A DNA stretch of 32,000 bases from an uncultured Chloroflexia bacterium (GTDB lineage: Bacteria > Chloroflexota > Anaerolineae > Anaerolineales > Anaerolineaceae), in contig OY969938.1 of assembly GCA_963704755.1 (NCBI GenBank), positions 3,390,001 through 3,422,000 on the forward strand. The letters run 5' to 3'. The position numbers and the translations under genes were made by a program. The notes beneath the pieces are model-generated. The model ran no database searches. It was not told where the DNA came from and saw only the letters and a list, made by a program, of their open reading frames with translations. Below are positions 10,001-16,931 of this stretch, one piece after another. The first letter of the stretch is position 1, and each line of letters begins with the position of its first letter.

Positions 10001-10631
10001 CGGTTTGGACCACGTTCTGGCTTCTGGCCGCAATGTGAACGTTCTGGTCCTGGATACCGAAGTGTATTCCAACACCGGCGGCCAGTCCTCCAAGTCCACC
10101 CCGCGGGCGGCTGTGGCCAAATTTGCCGCTAAAGGCAAAGGCCTGCCCAAGAAGGACCTGGGCCTGATCGCCATGGCTTACGGTTATATTTACGTGGCCC
10201 GGGTTGCCATGGGCAGCAGCGACCAGCAGACTTTGAAAGCCTTCATGGAAGCCGACGCTTACGATGGCCCATCCCTGATCATTGCCTACAGTCACTGCAT
10301 CAACCACGGCATCGACATGCGCAAGGGCCTGGAACAACAGCGCCTGGCCGTCCAGTCCGGAGTATGGCCGTTGTACCGCTACAACCCGGTCCTGGCCGAA
10401 GAGGGCAAGAACCCGCTGCAAATCGACTCGAAAGCGCCCAGTATCCCGGTCGAAGATTACGCTTATAACGAGACCCGTTACCGGATGCTGCTGCAGAGCG
10501 ACGAGGCTCGCGCCGAAACCTTGATGAAAGAGGCGCGCGAAGACGTCTCCAGCAAGTGGAGCCTGTATCAGCAAATGGCCTCCATTCACTATGGCGGCGA
10601 CTCCAGCGAAGACGAGAAATCGGAAAAATAA
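7038..10631 (+). CDS. nifJ: Pyruvate:ferredoxin (flavodoxin) oxidoreductase, single-polypeptide PFOR
   Basis: About 1197 aa with the characteristic N-terminus TDANEAVAYVAYRLNEVIAIYPITPSS, two 4Fe-4S ferredoxin motifs (CIQCGKCVFVCPHA and CTGCALCVEACP), the GCGETPY motif and the TPP-binding GGDGWAYDIG. GGAGAG Shine-Dalgarno precedes ATG 7038. Confidence 0.95.
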   Translation: MTRKIITTDANEAVAYVAYRLNEVIAIYPITPSSTMGEFADAWAAVKIPNIWGTIPLVAEMQSEGGAAGAVHGALQTGSLTTTFTASQGLLLMIPNMYKIAGELTPTVFHIAARSVATHALSIFGDHSDVMATRQTGWALLASRSGQEAHDMALISQAATLESRIPFLHFFDGFRTSSEVSKIEYLSEDDMRAMIDSDLVRQHRERALSPDHPIIRGTAQNPDVFFQAREAVNSYYMKCAGIVEKTMDKFAKMTGRSYHLFDYYGAPDAERVIILMGSGAETAEETALYLQDKGEKVGTITVRLYRPFSVEHLMKALPATVKTIAVLDRTKEPGATGEPLYEDVVTAIQEGISSGIAPFKSTPVVIGGRYGLSSKEFTPAMVKGVYDEMKSATPRMHFTVGINDDVTHTSVAYDPNFSIANPQTVRCVFFGLGSDGTVGANKNSIKIIGEDTDNSAQGYFVYDSKKSGTVTTSHLRFGPKPIHAPYLIGPGDANFVACHQFSFLERLDMLKYAAPGAVFLLNSIYSADKVWDELPKEVQEAIIAKKLRFYTIDAYPIAQQTGMGNRINTIMQTCFFAISGVLPREQAIQEIKKSIKKTYGKRGEAVVQSNYAAVDNALANLFEVKVPEKVTSSITMRKVVADEAPEFVKDVLGPMLSYNGDDLPVSKMPVDGTFPTATTQWEKRNIALEIPVWDPDVCIQCGKCVFVCPHAVIREKVYDTKFLENAPATFKSLPAKFREFPDMTYTIQVSPEDCTGCALCVEACPAKNKSQAGLKAINMAPQPALREQEGANWDYFKTLPEVDRTAISLGTVKNSQLLQPLFEFSGACAGCGETPYVKLLSQLFGDRSVIANATGCSSIYGGNLPTAPWAVNSDGRGPAWSNSLFEDNAEFGMGMRLTVDKQSEFSRELLAGLSGQIGEALVGELLNADQTSEAGINAQRVRVVELKKALQSISDPRARLLESLADFLVRKSVWILGGDGWAYDIGYGGLDHVLASGRNVNVLVLDTEVYSNTGGQSSKSTPRAAVAKFAAKGKGLPKKDLGLIAMAYGYIYVARVAMGSSDQQTLKAFMEADAYDGPSLIIAYSHCINHGIDMRKGLEQQRLAVQSGVWPLYRYNPVLAEEGKNPLQIDSKAPSIPVEDYAYNETRYRMLLQSDEARAETLMKEAREDVSSKWSLYQQMASIHYGGDSSEDEKSEK

Positions 10632-10640
10632 GTTTTCTTA

Positions 10641-10676
10641 CCGTGCGGAAGGGTATCCTTCCGCACGGGTTTTATT
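10641..10676 (+). terminator. Intrinsic terminator-like hairpin after PFOR
   Basis: Sequence ccgtgcggaagg-gtat-ccttccgcacgg gives a 12-bp stem followed by gttttatt. Confidence 0.65.
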
Positions 10677-10699
10677 AAGCACGAAAGGAGCAAAACGGG

Positions 10700-11706
10700 A
10701 TGGTTGACCTGACCACGACTTACCTAGGATTAAACTCAAGAACCCACTGGTTGCCTCGGCTTCGCCGATTTCCAAGAAACTGGATGGAATTCGCCGGCTG
10801 GAAGATGCAGGGGTCAGCGCGGTGGTTATGTATTCGCTGTTCGAAGAGCAGATTGTTCACGAGAGCAGGGCGCTAGACCACTTCTTGAATGAGGGAACGG
10901 AATCTTACGTCGAAGCGCAAACTTATCTGCCCGATATGCCCCATTACAATATCGGTCCCGAAAAATACCTGGATCTGATCCAGGCTGCGAAACAGGCAGT
11001 GGAAATTCCTGTTATTGCCAGCTTGAATGGTATCAGCGGTGGCGGGTGGGTGGATTATGCCCGGCGGATGGAAGAGGCCGGTGCAGATGGGATCGAGCTG
11101 AATATTTACGATATTCCCACCGATCCGGATGTTTCATCTGCTGACCTGGAACAAAACTATATCGACCTGGTCAAATCGGTCCGCAAAGAGGTGCGCATCC
11201 CTCTAGCGGTCAAGCTTAGTCCCTTCTTTACTTCGCTGCCGCACCTGGCTGCCCAACTGGCCGCCGCGGGCGTGGATGGCCTGGCCCTGTTCAACCGTTT
11301 TTATCAGCCCGACCTGGATATCGAAACGTTGGAAGTCGTGCCCAACCTGGTATTGAGCACCTCGAATGACTTGCGCCTGCCCTTGCGCTGGATCGCCATC
11401 CTGTACGGGCGGATCAATGCGGACATGGCCCTGACCAGCGGCGTCCATTCGGCCGCCGATGTGCTCAAAGCGATGATGGCCGGCGCCAATGTAGCCATGA
11501 CCACCTCGGAACTGTTGGAAAACGGTGTTGGCCGGGTGGCAGAAATCCTGGAAGATATGAAGAGCTGGATGGAAGCCTTCGAATACAAGTCGATCCAGCA
11601 GATGCAAGGCAGCATGAGTCAAAAGGCCGTCGCGGACCCCTCATCGTTCGAGCGCGGCAATTACATGAAGGCCCTGACCAGCTTCGACAACCGCACTTTA
11701 TACTAG
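10700..11706 (+). CDS. Dihydroorotate dehydrogenase-like (class 1 TIM-barrel flavoprotein family) protein, frame disrupted at 10732-10734
   Basis: AAAGGAG Shine-Dalgarno then ATG 10700 gives [11 protein letters not shown]. The expected continuation [39 protein letters not shown] is in the frame of ORF 10822-11706. One extra A in the run at 10732-10734 would join the two frames. Confidence 0.8.
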
Positions 11707-11742
11707 CCAGAAATTATCTGGTAACTACTCGGACACTTTTAA

Positions 11743-11810
11743 AAGGTAAGGGTGTTTTATTATTTTTTGGGTGCGAAGCACCCAAAAAATAATAAAAACA
11801 CCCTTACCTT
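11743..11810. repeat. Very long AT-rich inverted repeat (32-bp stem with one bulge, 3-nt loop)
   Basis: Sequence aaggtaagggtgttttattattttttgggtgc-gaa-gcacccaaaaaataataaaaacacccttacctt, located between the convergent DHOD-like and infA genes. Confidence 0.9.
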
Positions 11811-11842
11811 CCGCGGTGGCTGCGGTAGTTTCATTATCTGAT

Positions 11843-11874
11843 AAAAAAAGCTCCGCGTACGCGGAGCTTTTTTT
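11843..11874. terminator. Bidirectional Rho-independent terminator
   Basis: Sequence aaaaaaa-gctccgc-gtac-gcggagc-ttttttt, with an A run before and a T run after. Lies between convergent genes, 14 nt from the infA stop. Confidence 0.85.
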
Positions 11875-11887
11875 ATTGCTAGAATTT

Positions 11888-12142
11888 TTATTCCTGGTGG
11901 GTGATCGTTGATTCACCAACCCGACGCTGGCGGTAAACAATCCGGCCGCGAGTCAGGTCATAGGGTGACATTTCAACCCGCACTTTATCTCCGAGCAGGA
12001 TCCGAATGTAATATTTGCGCATCCGGCCGGAAAGATAAGCCAGGACTTCGTGGCCGTTGTCCAGGCGCACCCGAAACTGCGTTCCAGGCAACGCTTCAAC
12101 AATCGTACCCTCAACCTGAATTTTATCCTCTTCTTTGGCCAT
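11888..12142 (-). CDS. infA: Translation initiation factor IF-1
   Basis: [71 protein letters not shown] is a canonical S1-like IF-1 sequence with a short C-terminal extension. AGGAGG Shine-Dalgarno is present. Confidence 0.95.
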   Translation of the reverse strand: MAKEEDKIQVEGTIVEALPGTQFRVRLDNGHEVLAYLSGRMRKYYIRILLGDKVRVEMSPYDLTRGRIVYRQRRVGESTITHQE

Positions 12143-12198
12143 CTATTCCTCCTGCAAGGGGTAACCAGATAAAGTCAACCCCGAACTTGTTTTGCTGA

Positions 12199-12399
12199 TT
12201 ATTCGCCATTACGGGTGTACTGGCGGCGTTTCAACCGCCGAATAGCCTTTTTCTTTTCCACACGGCGAAGTTCACTTTTGGAAATGAACCACCGTTTGCG
12301 ACGAACTGTGCTTAAAACCCCGCTCTTGACGATTTTCTTGCGAAACCGTTTTAGTAATTGATCTTGCGATTCATTGGGGCGTAAAACGACAACGGGCAC
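12199..12399 (-). CDS. rpsU: 30S ribosomal protein S21
   Basis: (M)PVVVLRPNESQDQLLKRFRKKIVKSGVLSTVRRKRWFISKSELRRVEKKKAIRRLKRRQ. GTG start at 12399 is preceded by GGGAGG 8 nt upstream. The longer ORF-track start at 12546 runs through the leader. Confidence 0.9.
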   Translation of the reverse strand: MPVVVLRPNESQDQLLKRFRKKIVKSGVLSTVRRKRWFISKSELRRVEKKKAIRRLKRRQYTRNGE

Positions 12400-12442
12400 A
12401 ACTATCACCTCCCTTCTTTGTAAGGGATATCCTGCTGCCAGG

Positions 12443-12475
12443 AAAAATAACGGCTGCATTTTTTGAATGCAGCCG
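12443..12475 (-). terminator. Intrinsic terminator / attenuator-like hairpin inside the rpsU leader
   Basis: The minus strand reads cggctgcat-tcaaaaa-atgcagccg followed by ttattttt, about 45 nt upstream of the rpsU start. Confidence 0.55.
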
Positions 12476-12592
12476 AAAGCAACAACACAATTTCCTGGTG
12501 AGAGCATTCGGAAGCATTCTGCGATACAACCTCCTAATTGGTACAAACGACGTACTTAAGAGAACAGGCGGGAATACCCGCTTACGAGCCGA

Positions 12593-12622
12593 ATTATACC
12601 GCAAATTTGGCTAAATTGTCAA
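12593..12622 (-). promoter_or_regulatory. Consensus sigma-70 promoter upstream of rpsU
   Basis: The minus strand reads TTGACA (12622-12617), an 18-nt spacer, then TATAAT (12598-12593). Both hexamers match consensus perfectly. Confidence 0.65.
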
Positions 12623-12781
12623 ATAATTTAACAGAGGGTGTTGAAAAACACCTCCGCTTGAAGAAATATGGTGCTCGCTTCATTGTTTTTCGCCCCCAAC
12701 ACAGGCTGGTATTTGGTTGTTTGCGTAAGCAACACCCCACTCAAAAAGCCAAAACTTTCCATAATTGTCCTAGGAAAAATG

Positions 12782-13867
12782 CTATTCGCTGGGCTGGGCG
12801 GATACGACTGCGTTGAGCGCGTTCACATCCAGATCCCAGTGCGAACCAATGCCGGCCTGTTGAAACAAGTCCTGGTTGCTGGTTTCATAAACGTAATCGC
12901 CTTTGTCGCTGCTGAACGTGATGTGGAAATCCTGGTTGAAATCTCCCAGGCGCTGGCCGGCGGTGAGGTTGGGCTGCGGGTTGCTCCAGTTGAGGTCTTC
13001 GCCGTGGCTGGTGGCCTGGTCAACGACGGTCCACTCGGTGACGCTGTAGGTGCAGTAATCCTCATAAACCTGGTATTCGCAGTCCTGCACTTCCTGGCCG
13101 TAGCCGTTGCCCTGGTCCACAGTGTAGGGGGTGCCGCATACTTCGGTGGAGTTGGCTGCCGGCTGGTCGGATGTGCGATAATAGCGCTGGTCACAGCTTT
13201 GGATCGTGCCGTCCGATGGCACGTTTTCTTTCCAGTCGTTGTGGCTGACCGGCTGGTAGAACTCGATCTGCACGCTGGTGTCCCAGGCCAGGTTGGTCAC
13301 GGTGGCCGCCACGGTGGTGCGCTTTCCTAATACAGCGATCAAGAAGACGGCGACGACCACGATCCCGGCAACGATGCCGATCACGACCCAACGGGACAGT
13401 GAAGACTTTTTCGGCGCGGCCGCGGCCGCAGGAGCAGCCGGTATGGGCTGGCCGGCCCCGGCCAGGGATGCACCGCAGTTGGCGCATTTCAGCGCGCCGG
13501 CGGGGTTCATTTGCCCGCAGGCCGGGCATTTCAACTCCCCGGCCGGCCCGGTCTGGCGCGTTCCCAGGACCTGGCCCGCGGTACGCCGGGCGTCTTCTTT
13601 GAGATCACCACCGCACTGGCTGCAAACAATGGCGTTGCCCGGGTTGCGTGTTCCGCAGAAGCCGCAAATGATGTCGGCGCCTTGTTTGGCAATCGCCGCG
13701 GCCTTTTCACCGGTGATCAGCTCCTGGCTTTGCCCTTGTTGGAAGGCAGTGTCTTGAGGCTGCGGTCCGCCGCAGGAAATGCAAGTCGTTTGGGTGCCGG
13801 GATTTTTTGCCCCGCAGCGCGGGCAAGTCCATTCCAGTTGGACATATCCGAGGGATTTCTTTGCCAT
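12782..13867 (-). CDS. Membrane protein with three N-terminal zinc-ribbon motifs, one TM helix and an uncharacterised extracytoplasmic domain
   Basis: Three CxxC-N-CxxC pairs: CPRC..CISC, CGFC..CSQC and CPAC..CANC. These are followed by an A/P linker, the TM helix WVVIGIVAGIVVVAVFLIAVL, and a ~180-aa Cys/Tyr/Asp-rich C-terminal domain. Confidence 0.75.
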   Translation of the reverse strand: MAKKSLGYVQLEWTCPRCGAKNPGTQTTCISCGGPQPQDTAFQQGQSQELITGEKAAAIAKQGADIICGFCGTRNPGNAIVCSQCGGDLKEDARRTAGQVLGTRQTGPAGELKCPACGQMNPAGALKCANCGASLAGAGQPIPAAPAAAAAPKKSSLSRWVVIGIVAGIVVVAVFLIAVLGKRTTVAATVTNLAWDTSVQIEFYQPVSHNDWKENVPSDGTIQSCDQRYYRTSDQPAANSTEVCGTPYTVDQGNGYGQEVQDCEYQVYEDYCTYSVTEWTVVDQATSHGEDLNWSNPQPNLTAGQRLGDFNQDFHITFSSDKGDYVYETSNQDLFQQAGIGSHWDLDVNALNAVVSAQPSE

Positions 13868-14048
13868 AGGTTAGACCTCAAAGTTTGGTTGGAATAGGCA
13901 AAGGATACCATACTTGGGTTGGTCGGGTGCCCATTAAGTCCGGTCATTTCAAATATGCAAAGGCCGGAGAATACTGCAAAGGGGGCGGGAAAGGCCTGCT
14001 TCTTCAAGGCAATCGCATCATGCCAATTTAGCCCCAATAGAGAGATAA

Positions 14049-14093
14049 TTTTGAGTGTTATTGTTGGGCGTAGTCCCACAATAACACTCAAAA
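14049..14093. repeat. Strong hairpin in the divergent intergenic region
   Basis: ttttgagtgttattgt pairs with acaataacactcaaaa (16 bp perfect), plus ggg/ccc after a 1-nt bulge. Confidence 0.8.
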
Positions 14094-14215
14094 ACCCATT
14101 CTTTGGGGAATTGCCCTCGAAAAACAGGCAGGCTGCAATCGCCCTGCCTGCTTCTTTGGCTGTTGCAACTTTCCGCCTTTTTTCGCGTAAATATTGCATA
14201 AGGAGATTGTAAAAT

Positions 14216-14413
14216 ATGAACGGCAAACGTTTATACCGAAGTAATTCGAATCGAATGATCGGTGGGGTCTGTGGAGGCCTGGCCGACTTTTTTGGCATGG
14301 ACGTCACCATCGTCCGGCTGATCTTTACCCTGATGTTTTTCCTGGCCGGGCATGGCCTGCTGGTCTATTTGATCCTGTGGGTCGTAACCCCGCCCGAGCC
14401 CGTTACCGCCTGA
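14216..14413 (+). CDS. PspC-domain membrane protein
   Basis: LYRSNSNRMIGGVCGGLADFFGMDVTIVRLIFTL is the typical PspC N-terminal motif, followed by a TM helix. AAGGAG Shine-Dalgarno is present. Confidence 0.85.
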   Translation: MNGKRLYRSNSNRMIGGVCGGLADFFGMDVTIVRLIFTLMFFLAGHGLLVYLILWVVTPPEPVTA

Positions 14414-14536
14414 TGGTTTTATCCCGCTGGCCGGCACTCCGCGGCGAGCGGGTAATCTGATTTTATGTGCTTGCCTGGCATAAATTTGGGAACTTTTGGA
14501 TCAAGCCTGAACAGTTACCTGCTTTGAGGATATTCA

Positions 14537-15508
14537 ATGGAAAGAAAACCCTATCGTTCATTTTTCTGGCCGGTCGTGTTGATCGGAGCCGGTGTTATCT
14601 GGCTGCTGGCGGTCATGGGGGTCATCCCCAGCCAAAATTTTGCATTTATCGGCTCGCTCTGGCCGCTGATCCTGATCGTCATCGGGTTGGATATCCTGGT
14701 CGGCAGGCGCTCGAGTGTGGCCGGCTTTTTGATCGGGCTGGGCGCCATCGCCGTGGTGGTGGCTGCGCTGGTGGCCGGGCCGGCATTGGGTTTGCCCAAG
14801 ACCGGGATGCTGCAAAATCGGATCCTGACGGAGCCGTTGAATGGGGCGACATCGGCGGACATAAGCCTGAACCTGGCCAGCCAGCCGGTATATATCAGTA
14901 CAGTGGCCGAACCGGCTAACCTGTTCGAGGGCAACCTCGACTATTATGGCAGCCTTCACTACAATGCCAGCGGAAATCCGCGCCGGCGGATCAGCCTGAG
15001 TAGCCAGTCCGATGGGTTGAATTTCAGCTTTGATTCGACCGCCCGTTGGGAGATAGGCCTTTCACCCCAGGTGCCGCTCGATCTGAGCATCGAGGGCGGG
15101 TCCGGCTCTTCGGAAGTGGACCTGGAGGGCATGCAGCTCACCTCGTTCGGCTTTGATATGGGCTCCGGATCCAGCGACATCCGCTTGCCGGCCGGGAAAG
15201 ACAGGTACACTGTGCGCCTGGATGGCGGCTCGGGTAGCCTGAACGTATCCATGCCTGTCCAGACCAACCTGACGATGAACATCAACAGCGGCAGCGGCAG
15301 TATCGACCTGAACGTGCCAACGGATGCAGCCGTGCGGCTGGAAGTCCGCGACAGCGGCTCGGGCAGTGTGAATGTTCCTGACCGGATTGGCCGGGTCAGC
15401 GGAAACAACAAGGAAGGCGTCTGGCAGACCGAAGGGTTCGACCAGGCGGTTCACCAGATTATCATTATCTGCGACCACCTGGGCTCGGGCAGTTTTAATA
15501 TCGATTGA
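14537..15508 (+). CDS. LiaF-like membrane protein (LiaI/LiaF-type TM region plus a toast-rack-type beta-repeat C-terminal domain)
   Basis: N-terminal TM pattern FFWPVVLIGAGVIWLL...LWPLILIVIGLDILVGRR. The C-terminus has repeated G(S)GS-x-(D/N)(L/V) strands: GGSGSSEVDL, GSGSSDIRL, GGSGSLNVSM, SGSGSIDLNV, SGSGSVNV. Confidence 0.75.
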   Translation: MERKPYRSFFWPVVLIGAGVIWLLAVMGVIPSQNFAFIGSLWPLILIVIGLDILVGRRSSVAGFLIGLGAIAVVVAALVAGPALGLPKTGMLQNRILTEPLNGATSADISLNLASQPVYISTVAEPANLFEGNLDYYGSLHYNASGNPRRRISLSSQSDGLNFSFDSTARWEIGLSPQVPLDLSIEGGSGSSEVDLEGMQLTSFGFDMGSGSSDIRLPAGKDRYTVRLDGGSGSLNVSMPVQTNLTMNINSGSGSIDLNVPTDAAVRLEVRDSGSGSVNVPDRIGRVSGNNKEGVWQTEGFDQAVHQIIIICDHLGSGSFNID

Positions 15509-15515
15509 GGAAGGG

Positions 15516-15545
15516 ATAAGGCAATAAGGCGACGAGGCAACGAGG
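15516..15545. repeat. Tandem octamer repeat (A/G)AGGC(A/G)A(C/T)
   Basis: Sequence ataaggcaataaggcgacgaggcaacgagg lies immediately after the LiaF-like stop. The same octamer family occurs at 15903-15968 (both arms) and, inverted, at 18261-18280. Confidence 0.7.
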
Positions 15546-15648
15546 ATGTAGAGTGGGTGAAGGGCTCGTAAAGGATGCTGGCGTATTACAAGCCGGCATG
15601 TTATATCGAACCTTGCCCGTAACCCACCATCCTGTCTGGAAAGCGCTG

Positions 15649-15706
15649 GCCCTCATCCTCCGGCTCCTTCTCCCGCAACTGGGGGAAGGAGTGCCTTGCT
15701 GCCGGA
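15649..15706. repeat. Diverged copy of the ccttctccc / gggaagg hairpin repeat family
   Basis: Sequence ccctcatcctccggctccttctcccgcaactgggggaaggagtgcc...gccgg resembles 328-393 and 4573-4638. A further relative is at about 15795-15840. Confidence 0.5.
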
Positions 15707-15902
15707 AGGTCATAATTGACCGGCTCGCTGGATTCACAAGCAAACAGGCGATTAACCAACGTCGATCTGTAAGCATAGGCATTTGTAGACCGGATTTCTT
15801 GCCCCTTCCCTCATTTTGGGGCAAGGCTGGGATGGGGGAATACGCCGGCAGGCAAAGGCATGTGTCGGCTAGCTGCGCTCCTCACCTGGCTGTAAAGTAA
15901 CA

Positions 15903-15968
15903 AGGCAACAAGGCAACGAGGCAATGAGGAAAGACGCTTTTCCTTATTGCCTCGTTGCCTTGTTGCCT
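15903..15968. repeat. 30-bp inverted repeat built from the octamer repeats; probable terminator of the HAD gene
   Basis: aggcaacaaggcaacgaggcaatGaggaaa, then a short loop (gacgc, or 6 nt depending on where the stem is drawn), then tttccttAttgcctcgttgccttgttgcct. There is a single G/T position in the stem. Lies 30 nt beyond the stop of the minus-strand HAD gene. Confidence 0.8.
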
Positions 15969-15997
15969 GATCCCCTCCTTACCAGGCCAACTGTCTC

Positions 15998-16810
15998 CTA
16001 TCCACCAACCTCCGCCATGGCATCCAGGATGGGCCGGAGCAGGCCATGGGCGCGCACGTCGATGATGCAGCCGGCGATTTGCAGCACTTTTTCGCGGCTG
16101 GTCAGGGGGGCAAAGGAGTAATCGGCGGCGGCGAACATGCCCAGGTCATTGTCGCCATCGCCGGCGACCACCAGGGGCAGGGTCTCCAGGCCCAGGGCGG
16201 GCAGCAGCCGCTGCAGGCCGAAGGTTTTGTTGACCCCCTGGGGAGTAATTTCATAGATATTGGTCAGGCTGAAGTTGCCCTCGACCGGCAGGCCGGCCAA
16301 ATCCTGAGCAACAGCCTTGCGCAGATCCAGGTCCAGCGACAGGCAGACCGCTTTGCCGAAAGGCAGGCTGACCAGTTCCTCCGGGCTGTGCTGGATAGGG
16401 TAATAGGCGTACATCTCGGCGCCTTTTTCGCCATCCGGGGTGCTGCCCAGTTGCCAGCACTCGCTGGCCCCCTGAAAGACGTAGGTGGCGTTAGGGTGGC
16501 GGGTGCAGACCGCGATAATCTCCCGGCGCACTTCGAGCGGGAAGGGTTCGTTGTGCAGCAGCTTTTCCTCGGGCAGCAGGCTCAAAGAGCCGTTGTTCAA
16601 TACCAGTGGGTAAGGGGTGGGTTGGCCGTCCAGCACGCCGCAGGCCTGTAAGGGCCGGCGGACGCCGGCCAGGGAGCGCCCGGTGGCCAGGATGAGCGGG
16701 CAGGGTAAGCCTTGCTTCAACAAGGCCACGTCTTCAGGATGAATTAATTCGTCTTTATATAATAAAGTCCCGTCCAGGTCAATCGCCAGGACGAATTTCG
16801 GTCTTGCCAT
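15998..16810 (-). CDS. HAD-superfamily hydrolase (Cof-type / HAD-IIB)
   Basis: Motif I FVLAIDLDGTLL, motif II ILATGRS, motif IV AGDGDNDLGMF. ATG 16810 (MARPKFVLAID) has GGAG upstream and is preferred over the ORF-track start 16894. Confidence 0.85.
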   Translation of the reverse strand: MARPKFVLAIDLDGTLLYKDELIHPEDVALLKQGLPCPLILATGRSLAGVRRPLQACGVLDGQPTPYPLVLNNGSLSLLPEEKLLHNEPFPLEVRREIIAVCTRHPNATYVFQGASECWQLGSTPDGEKGAEMYAYYPIQHSPEELVSLPFGKAVCLSLDLDLRKAVAQDLAGLPVEGNFSLTNIYEITPQGVNKTFGLQRLLPALGLETLPLVVAGDGDNDLGMFAAADYSFAPLTSREKVLQIAGCIIDVRAHGLLRPILDAMAEVGG

Positions 16811-16931
16811 GCGATGGCTCCATTTGGTTGCGACGCTGCCCCTGATGAGGCATCTGCGCGGGGATGGATTACTTTTTAAATCCGGATGGGCCAATTATGG
16901 CCCAGGCAGGCCAATTCAACAAGGTTGGGTT

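Noticed and set aside
9480-10589. 369-aa minus-strand ORF inside the PFOR gene
   Set aside because: It is antisense to an unambiguous, motif-rich PFOR coding frame. Its Gly/Ala/Gln/Val-rich low-information sequence is typical of shadow ORFs in GC-rich coding DNA.
12371-12604. 77-aa minus-strand ORF across the rpsU leader, including a Cys-Cys-Cys run just before the terminator hairpin, as a regulatory leader peptide
   Set aside because: The AGGAGG lies 12 nt from the internal ATG. The frame does not stop near the hairpin but overlaps the rpsU start. Cysteine has no evident link to S21. It is kept only as a caveat within the leader finding.
12668-13757. Plus-strand ORFs 12668-13330 and 13278-13757
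   Set aside because: They are antisense shadows of the zinc-ribbon membrane protein gene, which has clear CxxC pairs, a TM helix and a start context. They contain no recognisable motifs.
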